Assembly (NCBI RefSeq): GCF_009834535.1
Contig: NC_045696.1
Location: 92,196,001 to 92,260,000, forward strand
Direction: 5' to 3'
DNA length: 64,000 bases
Source: Camelus ferus
Lineage: Eukaryota
A model generated the notes under the pieces. That model searched no databases, was not told where the DNA came from, and saw nothing but the letters and a program-made list of their open reading frames with translations. The position numbers and the translations under genes were made by a program. How positions within the stretch are numbered: position 1 is the stretch's first letter; every line of letters starts with the position of its first letter. Positions 36,299 through 49,059 of this stretch are shown piece after piece.

Positions 36299-38652
36299 CA
36301 GAGGTTGTAAGTGGCAGCTCATGGATTGGCACTCAGCTTGCAGGCTTGTTTTGCTTGGCTAGACAGTGCTGACTTACTTGGTATTTTAATAAATTTGGAA
36401 TGAGTAACCAACATTTTGATAATTAGGAGATTTTTCTTTAAAATGTCTGATTTCTAGCTTCCCTTAACCAGTGTCCCCACATGGCAGACATCCCCTGAAT
36501 ATGAGGGGCAGTGCCCTCTGTGGAAGGGCTTTGCCCTCCCTGTTTAGTCAGTCACACACCTTCCTTTGTATTTGCAAACCATGTGACTGCTGCTATTTTC
36601 ATTATTGTAACATTTAGAGGAAAATGGACTGTGCATCTCCTAAAAAACAGAGTTGAGTATTTCAAGAAAAAAAATAGCAGTGCACTTTGTTTTTGGTGGA
36701 TGTGATGACTATCCAAAGAACATTTGCAAAGAAAAATGACAACTTAAGGTACCATAATGAAACCAGCTATGAGTGGTATACAGAAAAGATGGGTGCTGGG
36801 AAACTTAATGGACTGAAGAAATAGCAGCGTTTGTTTTTGAATGAGAATAAAATAAATGGTCTGCTGTGAAATGCAGTTCTCTATTAAGTGAAAAAACTGC
36901 CTGGGCATCTAAACCTTTTAACAGATAACACTTCTATAAAAGAGTCTCTTTTGAATGTAGCAGGAATTATGTGTCCAGAGCATAAACAAGCATTTGCAAA
37001 TATTGGTATAATTAAAACACTGGATCTCAGCATGTTAAAAAATATGGCTGAGAACTTTCACAATAAGTTAAATTTGGGGTGGCATTTTCTATTACAGCAA
37101 ACTAGCACACATATAAATAATAGCACACTGTTAGCTATATTTATTTGAGATGTTTTGAGAATGTTGGAGTGGCCAAAGAACTTTTGAACAAGGAGTCTCT
37201 GCAAGGCAAAACACCAGAAAATGGCTAACTCTGTGATGAGAACGGTCTCAGACCACTGGATGTAGAAGGCACTGTTCCAAAAGGTTAAGTGTCGCCACAG
37301 ATCAGGTTCTCACAAAGGGTGGGGCTGAACTTGGATCCATCAAGCAACAAATCTGGGGTGGCAGTATTTGTAGGGGCACTATGCATAAATCCATTAATTT
37401 CCTCCAGGAATTGCTTTGAGCTAAAAAGCTAAAATGAGACAGCCATGGATTCAGTAATTAATACCATGAATCAGCTATTCTTCTATATCTTGGAGCAAAA
37501 GCAGGCCAGTGTTTGCTTAATGAATTTGCTGATTTACTTGTGCTGTAATGTTGGAGAGTTTTTTTTTTCAACTGTTCATGTCATCAAAGGAAATAGTCCC
37601 ATTCCACTTTACAGAGATTGGCTCAAAGTCCCAAAGTTCTTGCTGACATGACAACTCATTGGCACCTTGTGAATATTTTTCTATCGTGGCATTCAGAAGT
37701 GTTTGCACAAATGTCTCATTGGCTTCTCCCAGCCCTGACAACATAGAGTCTTTGGGAAATTCATTTGTTAAAGAATAATTTGGTTCACTTTCCACATTGC
37801 AGTCAGTTTCCAGATATGAAAATGGTAGCCTGAGATTTATTCTCCAAAATGGGGCCTTTGAATACTGGATTTCACACTATAAGAAAATGAACGAGTAATA
37901 TTTAACTTTCTGTCTTAGTTAATTTTAAGATTAATAGTAACTTAATAGTACAAATGAAGGGCTATGAAGTTATTAAGCTGTACTACAAAATGGTATTGAA
38001 GACTATGACAGTGGTGAAAGCTGGGACTGCATACCCGTCTTGGAGGAAATCATCTTCCTTCTAAGAACCCATCCACATTGGGAGGACTTACATTTAGGAG
38101 AAGCTTATTCCAAAATGAATCTTAAAAAAAACTACCTACCAACCCCAGTTTACATATTTAAGGCTGCATTCCGTACATCACATTAAAAACACAGGGCTTC
38201 ACTGACATTTTGGTTCAGAAGAAAAGGTATCAGGTTTCTGACTCCAAATCAAAGCAATAATGAATTATAAAATAATAATAACAATAATAATAATATAAAT
38301 GTTTTTCTTTTTCTGTTTCTGTTTAAATTTTTTAATATAAAATATAATATGGAAATCAGCTACATTCACACTAAGTTATATGCTTATACCATCATGTAGT
38401 AAAGATGGAGTTTGGTTCCATTTCTGGGATTTTTAAAATTTGTGTGTGTGTGTGTGGGTGGGGGGAGGTAATTAGGTTTCTTTATTTTTTTAGAGGCGGT
38501 ACTGGGGATTGAGCCCAGGAGCCTGTGCATGCTCAGCATACTCTCTGCCACTTGAGCTATACCTCCCCCCACTTCTAGGATTTTGTTATTCTTACATACT
38601 GCTTACTTTGTTTACGTAGGTTACCTCCCTGGCCCTTTAGACATTTGCTACT
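36299..38652 (+). mobile_element. Near full-length fossil hAT-Charlie DNA transposon (Charlie8/MER102-like) with decayed transposase
   Basis: 5' end cagaggttgtaagtggcagctc...ttgttttgcttggc and 3' end ttacctccctggccctttagacatttg resemble MER102 termini. Internal remnants IKESLLNVAGIMCPEHKQAFANI, STHINNSTLLAIFI and QELL*AKKLK / MDSVINTMN resemble GTF2IRD2/EPM2AIP1-type Charlie transposase. Confidence 0.8.
38434..38568 (-). mobile_element. tRNA-Ala-derived camelid SINE (Vic-1-like) nested in the Charlie element
   Basis: ggcggtactggggattgagcccaggagcctgtgcatgctcagcatactctctgccacttgagctatacctcccc. 16-bp TSD ccatttctgggatttt / ccacttctaggatttt (2 mismatches). Confidence 0.9.
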
Positions 38653-40374
38653 TATTTATTTTATAGTTACTTGTTTACAAACTTTATATTTTTTCCCCCC
38701 AAACTTTATATCTTTTACTAGGGAGTAAGCTATCTGAGGGTTAGAATTTTATTTTATCTTCTTATCTCCACAGCCCTAGAATGGAAGTGAGTCCTTAGTA
38801 GATGGTTGATAATTGCTGGTTAGATTGAATTCAACTGCCTTTTGGGCTGTTATTAATGTATAAAATACTGGGATAATTTCCCACCAAACAAACATGTTTA
38901 CTTTGATTTATAGAAAGATGAGAAACGACCATGAGCAGTCTTCAGCTCTAGTCCCTATGTGACCAACATGTTTCTCCCCATCCCTGGTACCCATGCAGCA
39001 GTGCCCTCTCCTGGAGAAAGGCCAGGAGAAAGCCCTTCTCCCAAGGCATTTTCAAGGCCTCCAGATGGCGGAGGTGGGGTGACAGTGTAGGCCAGGGTCC
39101 ACCAGCCCACGAGGAAGAGCCGCCACTTGCAAATAGGACACGCTCCCTCAGGATGGAGAGGGATGAAGTGCAGCCTTCCAGACAGGGGAACTCTGCTTGT
39201 GGCTACTCCTGGCCACAAGCTCTAAGGTGGTTTATTCGTTAATATGATTCTCAAAAACCCTCTGTGGCAGTTCTCTTGATCATTTTTCTGCTTCTAATGA
39301 GAACACGCCATCTTGAGACCTAGGCTGGCATATGGTTATTTCACTGTGAAATTTCAAATTAGTGCGATGTTACTTAGAAGATAATTTTACTAAACTGACG
39401 TGTGTTATTTCTAACCTTTTAAAAGCAGAGGGAGTAGAAAGAGAACTTTGAACTGTTCTTGAGTCTTCTGATGAAACTCCTTCACGCACGTAGGAATAAT
39501 ACATGCTTTGAAAACCTCTGTTAGAGTCTCTTGGCGTACACCTACCAGGGCAACCTCCCACTCTTAATCACAGTATGGTGTGGAAAGAGCACTGTTCTTT
39601 CAATAAGAGATGAGTTGCATAGTTGCCTTAATGTGCATATTGATGCAGGATCAGAACAAAACAAACAGAAAGCAGATACCCAGAAATCTGGCCTGAGAGA
39701 AAGGCTCAGAAAATGGGGCTGAGATTCATAGAAAGGTGACAGAGGTGAAGAATGGGCTTTTTGCCCTGGGTGCTTTCTGCCAATGGAAGGGCAAGGAGTG
39801 GAGACGCCCTCCTGCTGGAGAGGCAGTAGAGTGAGTGGCTAAGCAGTAAAGTAACATCCTGAGCAACCTTGCTGTGGCCACTGCAGATAAACTGGATGCA
39901 GACCTATGTCTGGGCATGTGGGACACAGCTCAAGGCTCTTGCTTTTCGAAATGTACAGACAAAGCATTCTTTCTTGTTTCTGGTTTACATCTGTCGATAT
40001 TTTCCACCCAGCCTGGCCCTTATTTTTGGATCCCAGCTGCTGCCTGGTCTCTCATTTTTGGCTTCTGGTGTATTGCTAGTGAGCATCTGGCCTGAGACAA
40101 CAGTAGTGATAACAGCCTAGCCTTTACTTTCACTTCGATTACCTTTTCTTGCGAAAACCAATAATTCTATTCAAGGTCTGGGCGGGGAGAGGAGAGATGA
40201 AGGGCTGCTTTCACACCTGCACTTTATAAAAGAGCTTGAAATATCAATGCAACTAGGCAAGGAAGTGGGAAGGGTTGTGCACAATGAAAGGGGCTCTAGG
40301 CCCCTTCTAGACTCTCGGGAAAGTGCAAGCAGCATTCCCATGCACAGGCGACTTGCAAGTTCTCTGGAAGAATT

Positions 40375-40460
40375 CCACGTATTTCACAGATGAGGAAGTG
40401 AAGTGGTAGAGACATGACTTTCCGCAGTTGGTTAGTGGTGGGGTCTCCAAGGTCATGGTC
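40375..40460 (-). mobile_element. MIR fragment
   Basis: atttcacagatgaggaagtgaagtggtagagacatgactt. Confidence 0.5.
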
Positions 40461-41972
40461 TCTCCCAGCCTCACTCTGCTTTCTGGTAATGCTGCCTCCC
40501 ATCTCCCCCACACACCCTGCTCCAGCCAAATGGTAAAACCGAGGGTTGGCTCTGACTGCTTCTAACAATGTCCTGCTCTCATGAATCTTCCCGTGTTCTT
40601 CTCTCTGCCAAATGCCTCCCCAACCGAATCTTCCTTATGGTAAGATTAACCTCTATTTCTGTCCCCAGACTGCCTTGTCTATGGATGAAGAACAGGCCAC
40701 TCCATTGGGACACCTCCCTGCTCCCAGATTCTCCCAACTTTACCTGAGGTCAGGTTTTGTCTTGTCTTCCCATGAGACCTCATGTACAGAGCCATCCTGG
40801 GCTTTAAGCTCCCAAACCCTTAAGAATCCTAGAGCCAGGGCTGAGGGCTGGACCGTAATGAGATTTGCCTGTCACCGCAGGAATTCTAGGGCAGGGTGGA
40901 CCAGTGGGCAAGGCTGTGGCAGAGGGGAGCCTGGCCTTAGATTGGGCAAGGCTGGGGTAGGGTCTTCCAGAAAAACCTGTGGAGAGTTGGATCCTGAACT
41001 TTGTTCAAATGCCTGTCTGAAGGCTGGAGGTGCTGAGGGTTAAATGGCTAGGATTGACATTACATCCTTTGTGATCCTTTTGGAGAATTGTACAAATATT
41101 TGATATTTTCCTTCTTTCCTTGATGTAAAGTTCTATGTACTTTTAAGTGCCAAGGGATACTGCTGGTTCCATTTGTTTTAAGATTTCTTTCAGGGCAAAT
41201 CTACCTGGAACTGTTTTATTCTGTTTCTCCATTACTCTGAGGAGTTAAGTTTAAAGGCAAGGAAGCAGTGATGGAAGTAGGGTGAAAGACACGGGCGAGT
41301 TTAGAAGAGGCAGTTCTGTTCTCACAAGCAGAATTGTAAGGGTCTACCGTCCTCTGCAGGGGCTGTGCTGTGCAGAGCATCGCAAGGAAATTTCACTGCC
41401 TTAAACCTTCCCCCAGAAAACAGACCCACTCCCCACATTTACATATTAGAATTAATGACAGATATAATGTAAATCCATGGCTAAAACTCCATATATTTCC
41501 TCATGTATGTGTGACTCTTGAAGGGGTTGATCTAGCACCTTGAACCTGTTATACAAATTTTAAATAGAACAAAGCCAAAAAGCTCTTTGATGAATTTTTC
41601 TTCTCAGGGTTTTTAATTTTTTTGCCCACACTATTGAAATGAGTTTTATTACTTTTATAAGAAGAAGGGAAAGTTTTTTTTTTTTAATTAATCCTTCTTA
41701 CTTTCCTGGGAAATCCATTCATAAACAAGGGTTTCAACAAATTATAGCCCGTCCTATTTCCTCAACATGTGAAAAAGGCCAGTGTTTATATTTTGTTAGT
41801 ATTTTGTCCTAAGTGCCTTGGTCAAATTCCTCGTATTTTCTTGTACTAATATTTACATGTTGAAAACTATTTCTTACAATGAATTTTCCAGGGCACTTAT
41901 AACCAGCATGCATCATTAATATGTCTTATTCACTTTGTTCTTTGGAAGCACTCCTATAAAAAATGTACAGAA

Positions 41973-43311
41973 TAGTGGTGCTAGAAAAACTGTACAGCCA
42001 GACTTGTAAAAGAATGAAATTAGAATATTTTCTGGCACCACATACAAAAATAAACTCAAAATGGATTAAAGACCTAAATGTAAGACCAGAAATCATAGAA
42101 CTCCTAGAAGAAAACATGGGCAGAACATTCTTTGACATAAGTCATAGCAGTATTTTTTTGGATCTGTCTCCTCAGGCAAAGGAAACAAAATAAAAAATAA
42201 ACAAAACAGGACTAATTAAACTCAAAAGCTTTTGCACAGCAAAAGAAGCCATCAAAAAAATGAAAAGACAACCTAGAATGGGAGAAAATATTTTCAAATG
42301 ATAGGACCATAAGAGATTAATATCCAAAATATATAAACAGTTCATACAACTCAATATCAAAAAACCCTAAATAACCTGATTAAAAAATGTTCAGAAGATT
42401 TGAATAGGCATTTTCCCAAAGAAGACATACAGATGGCCAACAGGCACATGAAAAGATTCTCAACGTTGCTAATCATCAGGGAAATGCAAATCAAAACCAA
42501 AATTAGATATCACTTCACACCTGTTGGAATGACTATCTCCAAAAGGACAATAAGTAATAAATGTTGGCAAGGATGTGGAGAAAAGGAAACCCTAGTATAC
42601 TGTTGGTAAAAATGTAAATTGGTACATCACTGTGAAGAACAGTAGGGAGGTTCCCCAAAAAACTAAAAATAGAACTACCACATGATCCAGCAATTCCACT
42701 CCTGGGTATATATCCAAAGAAAATGAAAGTACTAATTTGGGAAGATATATGTACACCAATGTTCATAGCAGCACTACTTACAGGAGCCAAGACATGGAAG
42801 TAAACTAAGTGCCCATCAGTAGATGACTGGATAAAGAGATTTGGCATATATATACAATGGGTTATTACTCAGCCATAAAAAAGAATGAAATTTTGCCATT
42901 TGCAACAACATAGATGGACCTAGAGAGTATTATGCTTAGTGAAATAAGTCAGACAGAGGAAGCCAAATATTGTATATTATCACTTATATGGAATCTAAAA
43001 AAAAAAAGCAAACAAATGAATACAAGAAAACAGAAACAGACTCACAGATATAGAGAACAAACCAGTGGCTACCAGTGGGGAGGGGAAATGAGGGAGGGGC
43101 AGGATAGGGATGGGGGATTAAGAGGTACAAACCATTACGTACAAAATAAATAGGCTACTAGGATATATTGTGCAGCACAGGGAATATAGCTAATATTTTA
43201 TAATGACTTTAAATGGAGTATGATCTATACAAATATTGAATCCCTATGTTGTATACCTGAAACTAATATAATATTGTAAATCAACTATACTTCAATTTAA
43301 AAAAAGAAAAG
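41973..43311 (+). mobile_element. 5'-truncated L1 (ORF2 3' part + 3'UTR), antisense to KCNAB1
   Basis: Frameshifted ORF2 remnants ([34 protein letters not shown]). 12-bp TSD aaatgtacagaa at 41961-41972 and 43312-43323. Confidence 0.95.
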
Positions 43312-43467
43312 AAATGTACAGAAAAGTTAACACAGGGGAAATAACAGTGTTAGAATACAGCTCAGTACTATAGGACTAGGCCTAAATGGGAATTCTTGTT
43401 TTTTAAAATAAATTTAAATATTTTCAATATCTTAGTATAAAATTGGATCTATTATTAAGGTTGAAAG

Positions 43468-43470
<3 letters not shown>

Positions 43471-43533
<63 letters not shown>
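43471..43533. repeat. (AT)31 microsatellite
   Basis: 63 uninterrupted alternating A/T bases. Confidence 0.97.
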
Positions 43534-43538
<5 letters not shown>

Positions 43539-46533
43539 TTCTGTGAACTCTTAGCACAGGACCTGGAACACAGTATGTGCTCAAATACATGTTTTTATTT
43601 TTATTTTTGGCATTATCTTTTGCATTTCCATAGTAAGTTACTATGAATAAGAGCTCTCTGGAGAAACACCCCGTCAAGAAGTGTGAAAGTCAAGGTGACC
43701 TGCTTTACACTTACTGTTATCTTTAAAAAGTTCGTGCCAAATCTTTATCTTTGTGCAGGGATATATTTCTTTGATAGTTCAGTGAGTTATTCTCCCCCAA
43801 ACAGTAATAATTTTGAGTAACTCTGGTGTAGCTGTACATAAAAACACTGCCAGCTCATCGGACTATCAGGATGCTAGGAAATAAATTTTAATTCCGTGGT
43901 GAGGCAAAGAAACTTTCTCAGTGCAAACAAGATAAAGATACTGTAAAAAAGAATGAAAAATTTTTACAACAGTCCTTTCAAATTCTCCCTCTTGGGTTAT
44001 GAGCTTCAAGATGTTCATAGTATTAAATATCACTAATGAAAACTCAAGGTAGGAATATAAAGTGCTTCACATCCTTTTTCACAAAGGAATTTTTGAAATG
44101 TAGGGAAATTAAAACTGAGGAAATACATAAGGGATAATTTAGCAAAAACCTAAAGATTTAAAAAGTTCCCAAACCTAATACACTCAAATTTACCCAGTTC
44201 CCAGGTTTCCCTGTAAATTTATGGACTTACATATAAAAGTCAGATTATTTTTTCTGTATCTGATGGTTACCACCTATTTAATGATTCTAAAAAAATCTAC
44301 ACTGTCCTTTTCCTGATGGAAAATGCATACCTGTGTCAAGCAGATGAAGTATTTTAGCATTTTCCATAGAACTATGCATGAAATTTCTTAAGCAGTCTCT
44401 CTATTTCTAACTAAGCTACAGAGATCTTCCCCTTTCAGTAATTATATGTAGAAATATATCTTGTTAAAGAAGAAAATGCAGCAATACTAAATCATAAAAC
44501 CATATTGGTCTATCTTTAGTTTTAGGAGATCCCGTTTAATCCAAATCCTATTTGGAGTCGTTCGCCTATGAAATGATATTTTATAGTATACTGAAAACTT
44601 TAACTGTAGTACGGGAGAAGCCCAGAATAGCTCCCTGCAGCCTGATCTGGACCCCAGTGTGCCCAGCCAGGCTTTGGCATTGAGGTGATGGCAGTATTAT
44701 AACCACACAGTCCCAGTTTTACAGGGCTGAAATGAAATTTCCTGACATGCTGTATAGCAAGTTACCAGGAAATTTAGGCAACCAGAGACATCAAAGAATG
44801 TACAAGTTATAATTCTTTGTCAACAATACTTTGGATTTTTCTCAAACACAGTGGACAGGCCTTCTTGAGACATTTTCAAAACTACTGACCTCTTGGGATA
44901 ATCTCTGTATCCCCAGAGACAATGTACAACTTGGTGTGTAGGAGAGGCTTATTATGTGTTTTCATAAGTGAGTGAATTCAAGAACAGCAGAGAAGAAATG
45001 ATCATCATAGAAGTAATGTTCAGTCAACTCTTTTATTGTCTGCTGATTTTCTTTTCATTAATTCACTGCTTGTAAATGCATAAACCTGACTAAATCTATC
45101 TGTGGCCTTTATGTGAGTTTGTGGTCTGGGTCTCCATCAGCCGCCACACCAATACACACCATGAGAGAATACTCCGAAGGGTGGCTGGGAGGCTGGCCTG
45201 GGTCTACGGAGTCATTGTTGTAGAACAACGCCTTTGCCATCTTGAAGCAGTGATGGCATCTGTTTCTCCTTCTGTCAGCACCAGGGGCCCTGGTGTGGGG
45301 AAGCCAGGAAGGGGGTGCCCAGAAGGAACTCCTAGGGCAGCAAAGATAACCTCCTAGTGGCTCTTCACCTTTGAGCATTTTGTGATTAGTCAAGAACCTT
45401 AGGGATCACTCACTCTGAGGAATTAGAACCTTCTGTTAACAAGGAAAGAGAAATATTACATAACGGCATTAAAGCATGTGCTACCAACAGGTCTGGTGTG
45501 TACAGCGCCTTCTGCTTCCTGAAGGTTGGGTAGAGAGCTCAGTCTACCCTCCACAAGGGCAGGGGATCTCCCTGTCTTGTTCCGCACTGCCCCGCCAACA
45601 CCTGGAACAGGGTTGAGTTTTGTAGATCAACTATCTTGCAGGTCCTAGGCTATGCATTCTAAAACTATTTCTCTGATTTTTCAAAAATCATGAAGGGTAG
45701 GTATTTTCATTTTCTTTCATCTGCACCTGAGGGTTAGTGTGTCACTGGATAAACAGGTCCACCTTTGAGATTTTGCTCATCTCTAAAATAGATACTGATG
45801 CCTGTATTATTGTGAGAACTACATGATGAGACGACGATGGAACACGCTTTGAGAACTAACATTGTGCCAGGCACGGCGCTCCATGCTTTATAGACACAAT
45901 CTCATCGGGAACTCACGACCACTCTGATTTGAGTTTATTTGCTGGGAGCGGCTGAGCTGGGATGTGAGTCCATGCAGACTGACTCCACAGTCCACGCTCT
46001 TAACAATTTCAGTAGTATATGCCAAGTGTCTGGTGCAGCCCTGAGCATAAAACAGGTGCTCACTAAATGTTACTTTCCTTGTCATCTTCTAAAGAGAGAA
46101 TATTTGAAGCAGCAGAAGTTCCATAGGAAGATAAATAACTCTTCCAGAGATGGCAGTGAAAGCCAAAGTCAAAATTAGAATGGATTAATTCTAACAGACT
46201 ACCTATCTTAGCAAAGCTCAGGAACATTGATTATTTTTTATGGATTATTCTGAAGTGACACATGGAAGAGTAATGAATTGACTAAAATGTTAATAATGCC
46301 ACAAAATTCTGAATTTTAATTGGAGACCAAAGCTAAACGAAAAACATCTCATGTGCCGCTTGCTTCTTCACTGGGCACCCAGAGTGGTGTCTGCCTTGCT
46401 CTCTGGCTGCGCTCCCTGCATGCTGCCTGGGAATCTCTCAGGTGCTGAGTTTCCACGGGGAACTCGGCCATCTGATGAGCCAGTAACTCCAGTGGGGAGC
46501 CAGGAGGCAGAGTTTGGAGAGCCTTGTCCAGGT

Positions 46534-46693
46534 CGGTTATCCTCAACTCTGGCCCAGGTAGGAGGACCACCTGGGAGCTGATGCCCTGCCCTGCCCCAGA
46601 GATTCTGGTCCAGTTGATCTGAAGAAGGGCCCAGGCACAGGTATTTTTTAAAAGCTCCCATGTGACTGTAATGAAAGCCAGAGGAGAAACCTG
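46534..46693. mobile_element. MER5A-like hAT-Charlie MITE
   Basis: ccccagagattctgg...gggcccaggcacaggtattttttaaaagctcccca-tgtgactgtaatg; 8-bp TSD gtccaggt/gtctaggt. Confidence 0.8.
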
Positions 46694-47799
46694 GTCTAGG
46701 TAGCGATCGGGATGTCAATGGAATGGACTCAACCCCTCTGCAAGCTCCATTTGATTGGAAGCCCCAGAGTAGCAGGAAGAGAGAAATTAAGTACTGGGCC
46801 CAGAGCGTGAAGAACAATTCAACAAAGAAGGCGGAAGTTGGCCTTGACCCCGAACTGCAGACGGCAATGCCTTGCAGAGTCTTTAGCCCTGACCAAACAA
46901 AGGGCTACAGATTATTCTTTCAAGATGCTCCCTTTGGCACTTTGCCCTTCGTTTTATTAGTACTATTAAACTTCTGCAAAAATCCCAGTGGCAGTAAAAA
47001 ATCCCAGTACAGCAAAAATAGCTTAGTGGAAATAAAAAAGGGTGGAATAAAAGAGCGTCAATAGTCTTGTTTTCTGGGACAAGATTACAAGGGCCACCAA
47101 TCCTGACAGAATAGGGTGTAAGCGAGACACATCAGTTTGATGGGGTCAGGGCAGAATTTTTCCCACTGGTGCCGTGTAGAATCGTTAATTCATTGTGGAG
47201 AGTTAGAAGCTTAACTGAAGCCTAGTCAGAGATGGGCTGCGTGATCATTATACTGCTCCTACGTATGTTGTTACCCCTAGACAATGCTTGATTTTTCACG
47301 AATGGGTTTTCATGCCTATTGCACCCATATTCATAAGAAATACAAAGTTCATTCCAAAGACAAACATAAATGCATTTTTAATTTCTGTGTCACTGTTCCC
47401 CTCTCTCATCAGAGGTAATAGAGGATCTCCTGTCTTCTTCCTATGTCTTCAGTGGGTCAATTCAAACAGCAACACAGCAGCCGCCAATTCATCTGAATAA
47501 AGTGCCCAGCCTTCTTAAAGTCACATTAGTATGGAAATTATGGACATTTAGCACTCCCTGGATATTGCAAACTCTCAAGTATAAACCTTAGTTTTTAAAA
47601 ACCTATGCAATGACTATTAGATGAAATGGCAGAAGAGGTTGGTGGGCTGGAGATAGAAGACCACAATGGTGCTGTGAAAATCAGAACTGAATTTGCACGT
47701 GGGAGAACTGGGGTGGAGGTGTGCCTCACTGGTATTCCCAGCACGCGTATCAGAACCTGGTCATTAGCCCTTGCACACCGCAGTCTCCCGCTCTCGCGG

Positions 47800-48600
47800 A
47801 TTTTGTGCAGGTACATCCCCACACCCCTGTCCTCAGACTCTTTACCTTGCTCTAGTCTATCTATTCTGTCTTCAGTTCCTTCCTTGACTAGGGAGGTTAG
47901 GATGGCTGATGACCTTGTTCACCATTTAGAAGATTCTCTTGCCCTGTTCTCAGCTCCCTGTTTCACTATTCCTTCACTGCACCTGCCTGGCAAAAATCCA
48001 CTCCTGGGTGAATCTGTCTGGTTGCTCATCGCATGTAACCAAGATGCTGAGCTGTGCTGGAGAAAGTCACAGAGTGCAGAGACTCATGCATTGCAAATTC
48101 TTGGTCTACAGGAACCACACATAGAGATCACCAGTCCTCTGTTTTCTAATCATTCTCCCCCACTGTTTAGATTTCAAATTTACTTTTCTCGGCTTCAGTC
48201 CTACCCCCTCTTCCTTCAATGTCACCAGATAAACGTGCCTCCTGCTTCATAGAGAACATACAAGAACATAAACTGTAAACCCCTCCCCTTCCTGCTGCCA
48301 AATCTACCAAACTACCCATCGCAGACACGAGTGATGTCTTGCCCGTTTCCCAGCGGGCTTCCAGCTGCCTCTGGTATGTGAGCACCCCACCTCCTCACCC
48401 TCAGGTGGCTGTGCGCTCGCCACTGGCTCCCACGTTAAGGAGACACAAGCCAAGACAACACCCATCTCTTCCTCCTCTCTTCCTGTCCCCATGCAAGAGG
48501 GTCCCTGCGTCCTTCCAAGGCTGTTTCTCTGCTGATCCTCTGGGTCCTGTCCCCTTGCTCTTTCTCGGGGCCCTCACTCCATCCACGATCATCTCTCATT
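47800..48600 (+). mobile_element. L2 ORF2 remnant
   Basis: ORF 47626..48252 contains ACNQDAELCWRKSQ, similar to the L2 ORF2 region (RAAERxWRKS); C/T-rich sense L2 composition. Confidence 0.65.
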
Positions 48601-49059
48601 ACTGCATCTTCTCGGTGCTGGAGTTCTACTTTGTGTAGTTCACATTCATTTTACACCCACATTTCACTTCCTTTTTGTTCCTATTTGTCTGACTTCTATT
48701 TGTCTGTTTAAACATTTTCCATTTATCTTTGTCCTTCCCCTGAAAGAACGGATCTAGAAACTTGTTTTTTTTAACCCAATTTCTGAAACTTTGCAATTTA
48801 CTACACCAACATCTATATTGGTTCTCTTTTTTTCAGACATTTTATGTTATGCCTTTAAAAGCACTTCATTTTATATTTTCTTTACTAGTCTTTTGCTAAT
48901 TTGGTCAAGCCTCATTGACCTCACAGCCCCCATAGAGTCTGCACAGGCTCCGTATATACGCTCACAGTGTGATGAGCTGGGCTCACAGTTAGAGGGCAAT
49001 TAACTGACTGTTACGTTTAATCTTCTGTAAAAGTGAGAATATTTGAGTCCTTGGCCGTC

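Noticed and set aside
45109..45393. ORF MAKALFYNNDSVDPGQPP... with an AAGATGGC start context as a retrogene
   Set aside because: No protein recognised and no poly-A or TSD; may be an old LTR remnant. A BLASTX or Dfam search would settle it.
47626..48252. Longest ORF (208 aa) as a novel gene
   Set aside because: It lies largely in a decayed L2 ORF2 segment, with no promoter or splice support and antisense to the host gene.
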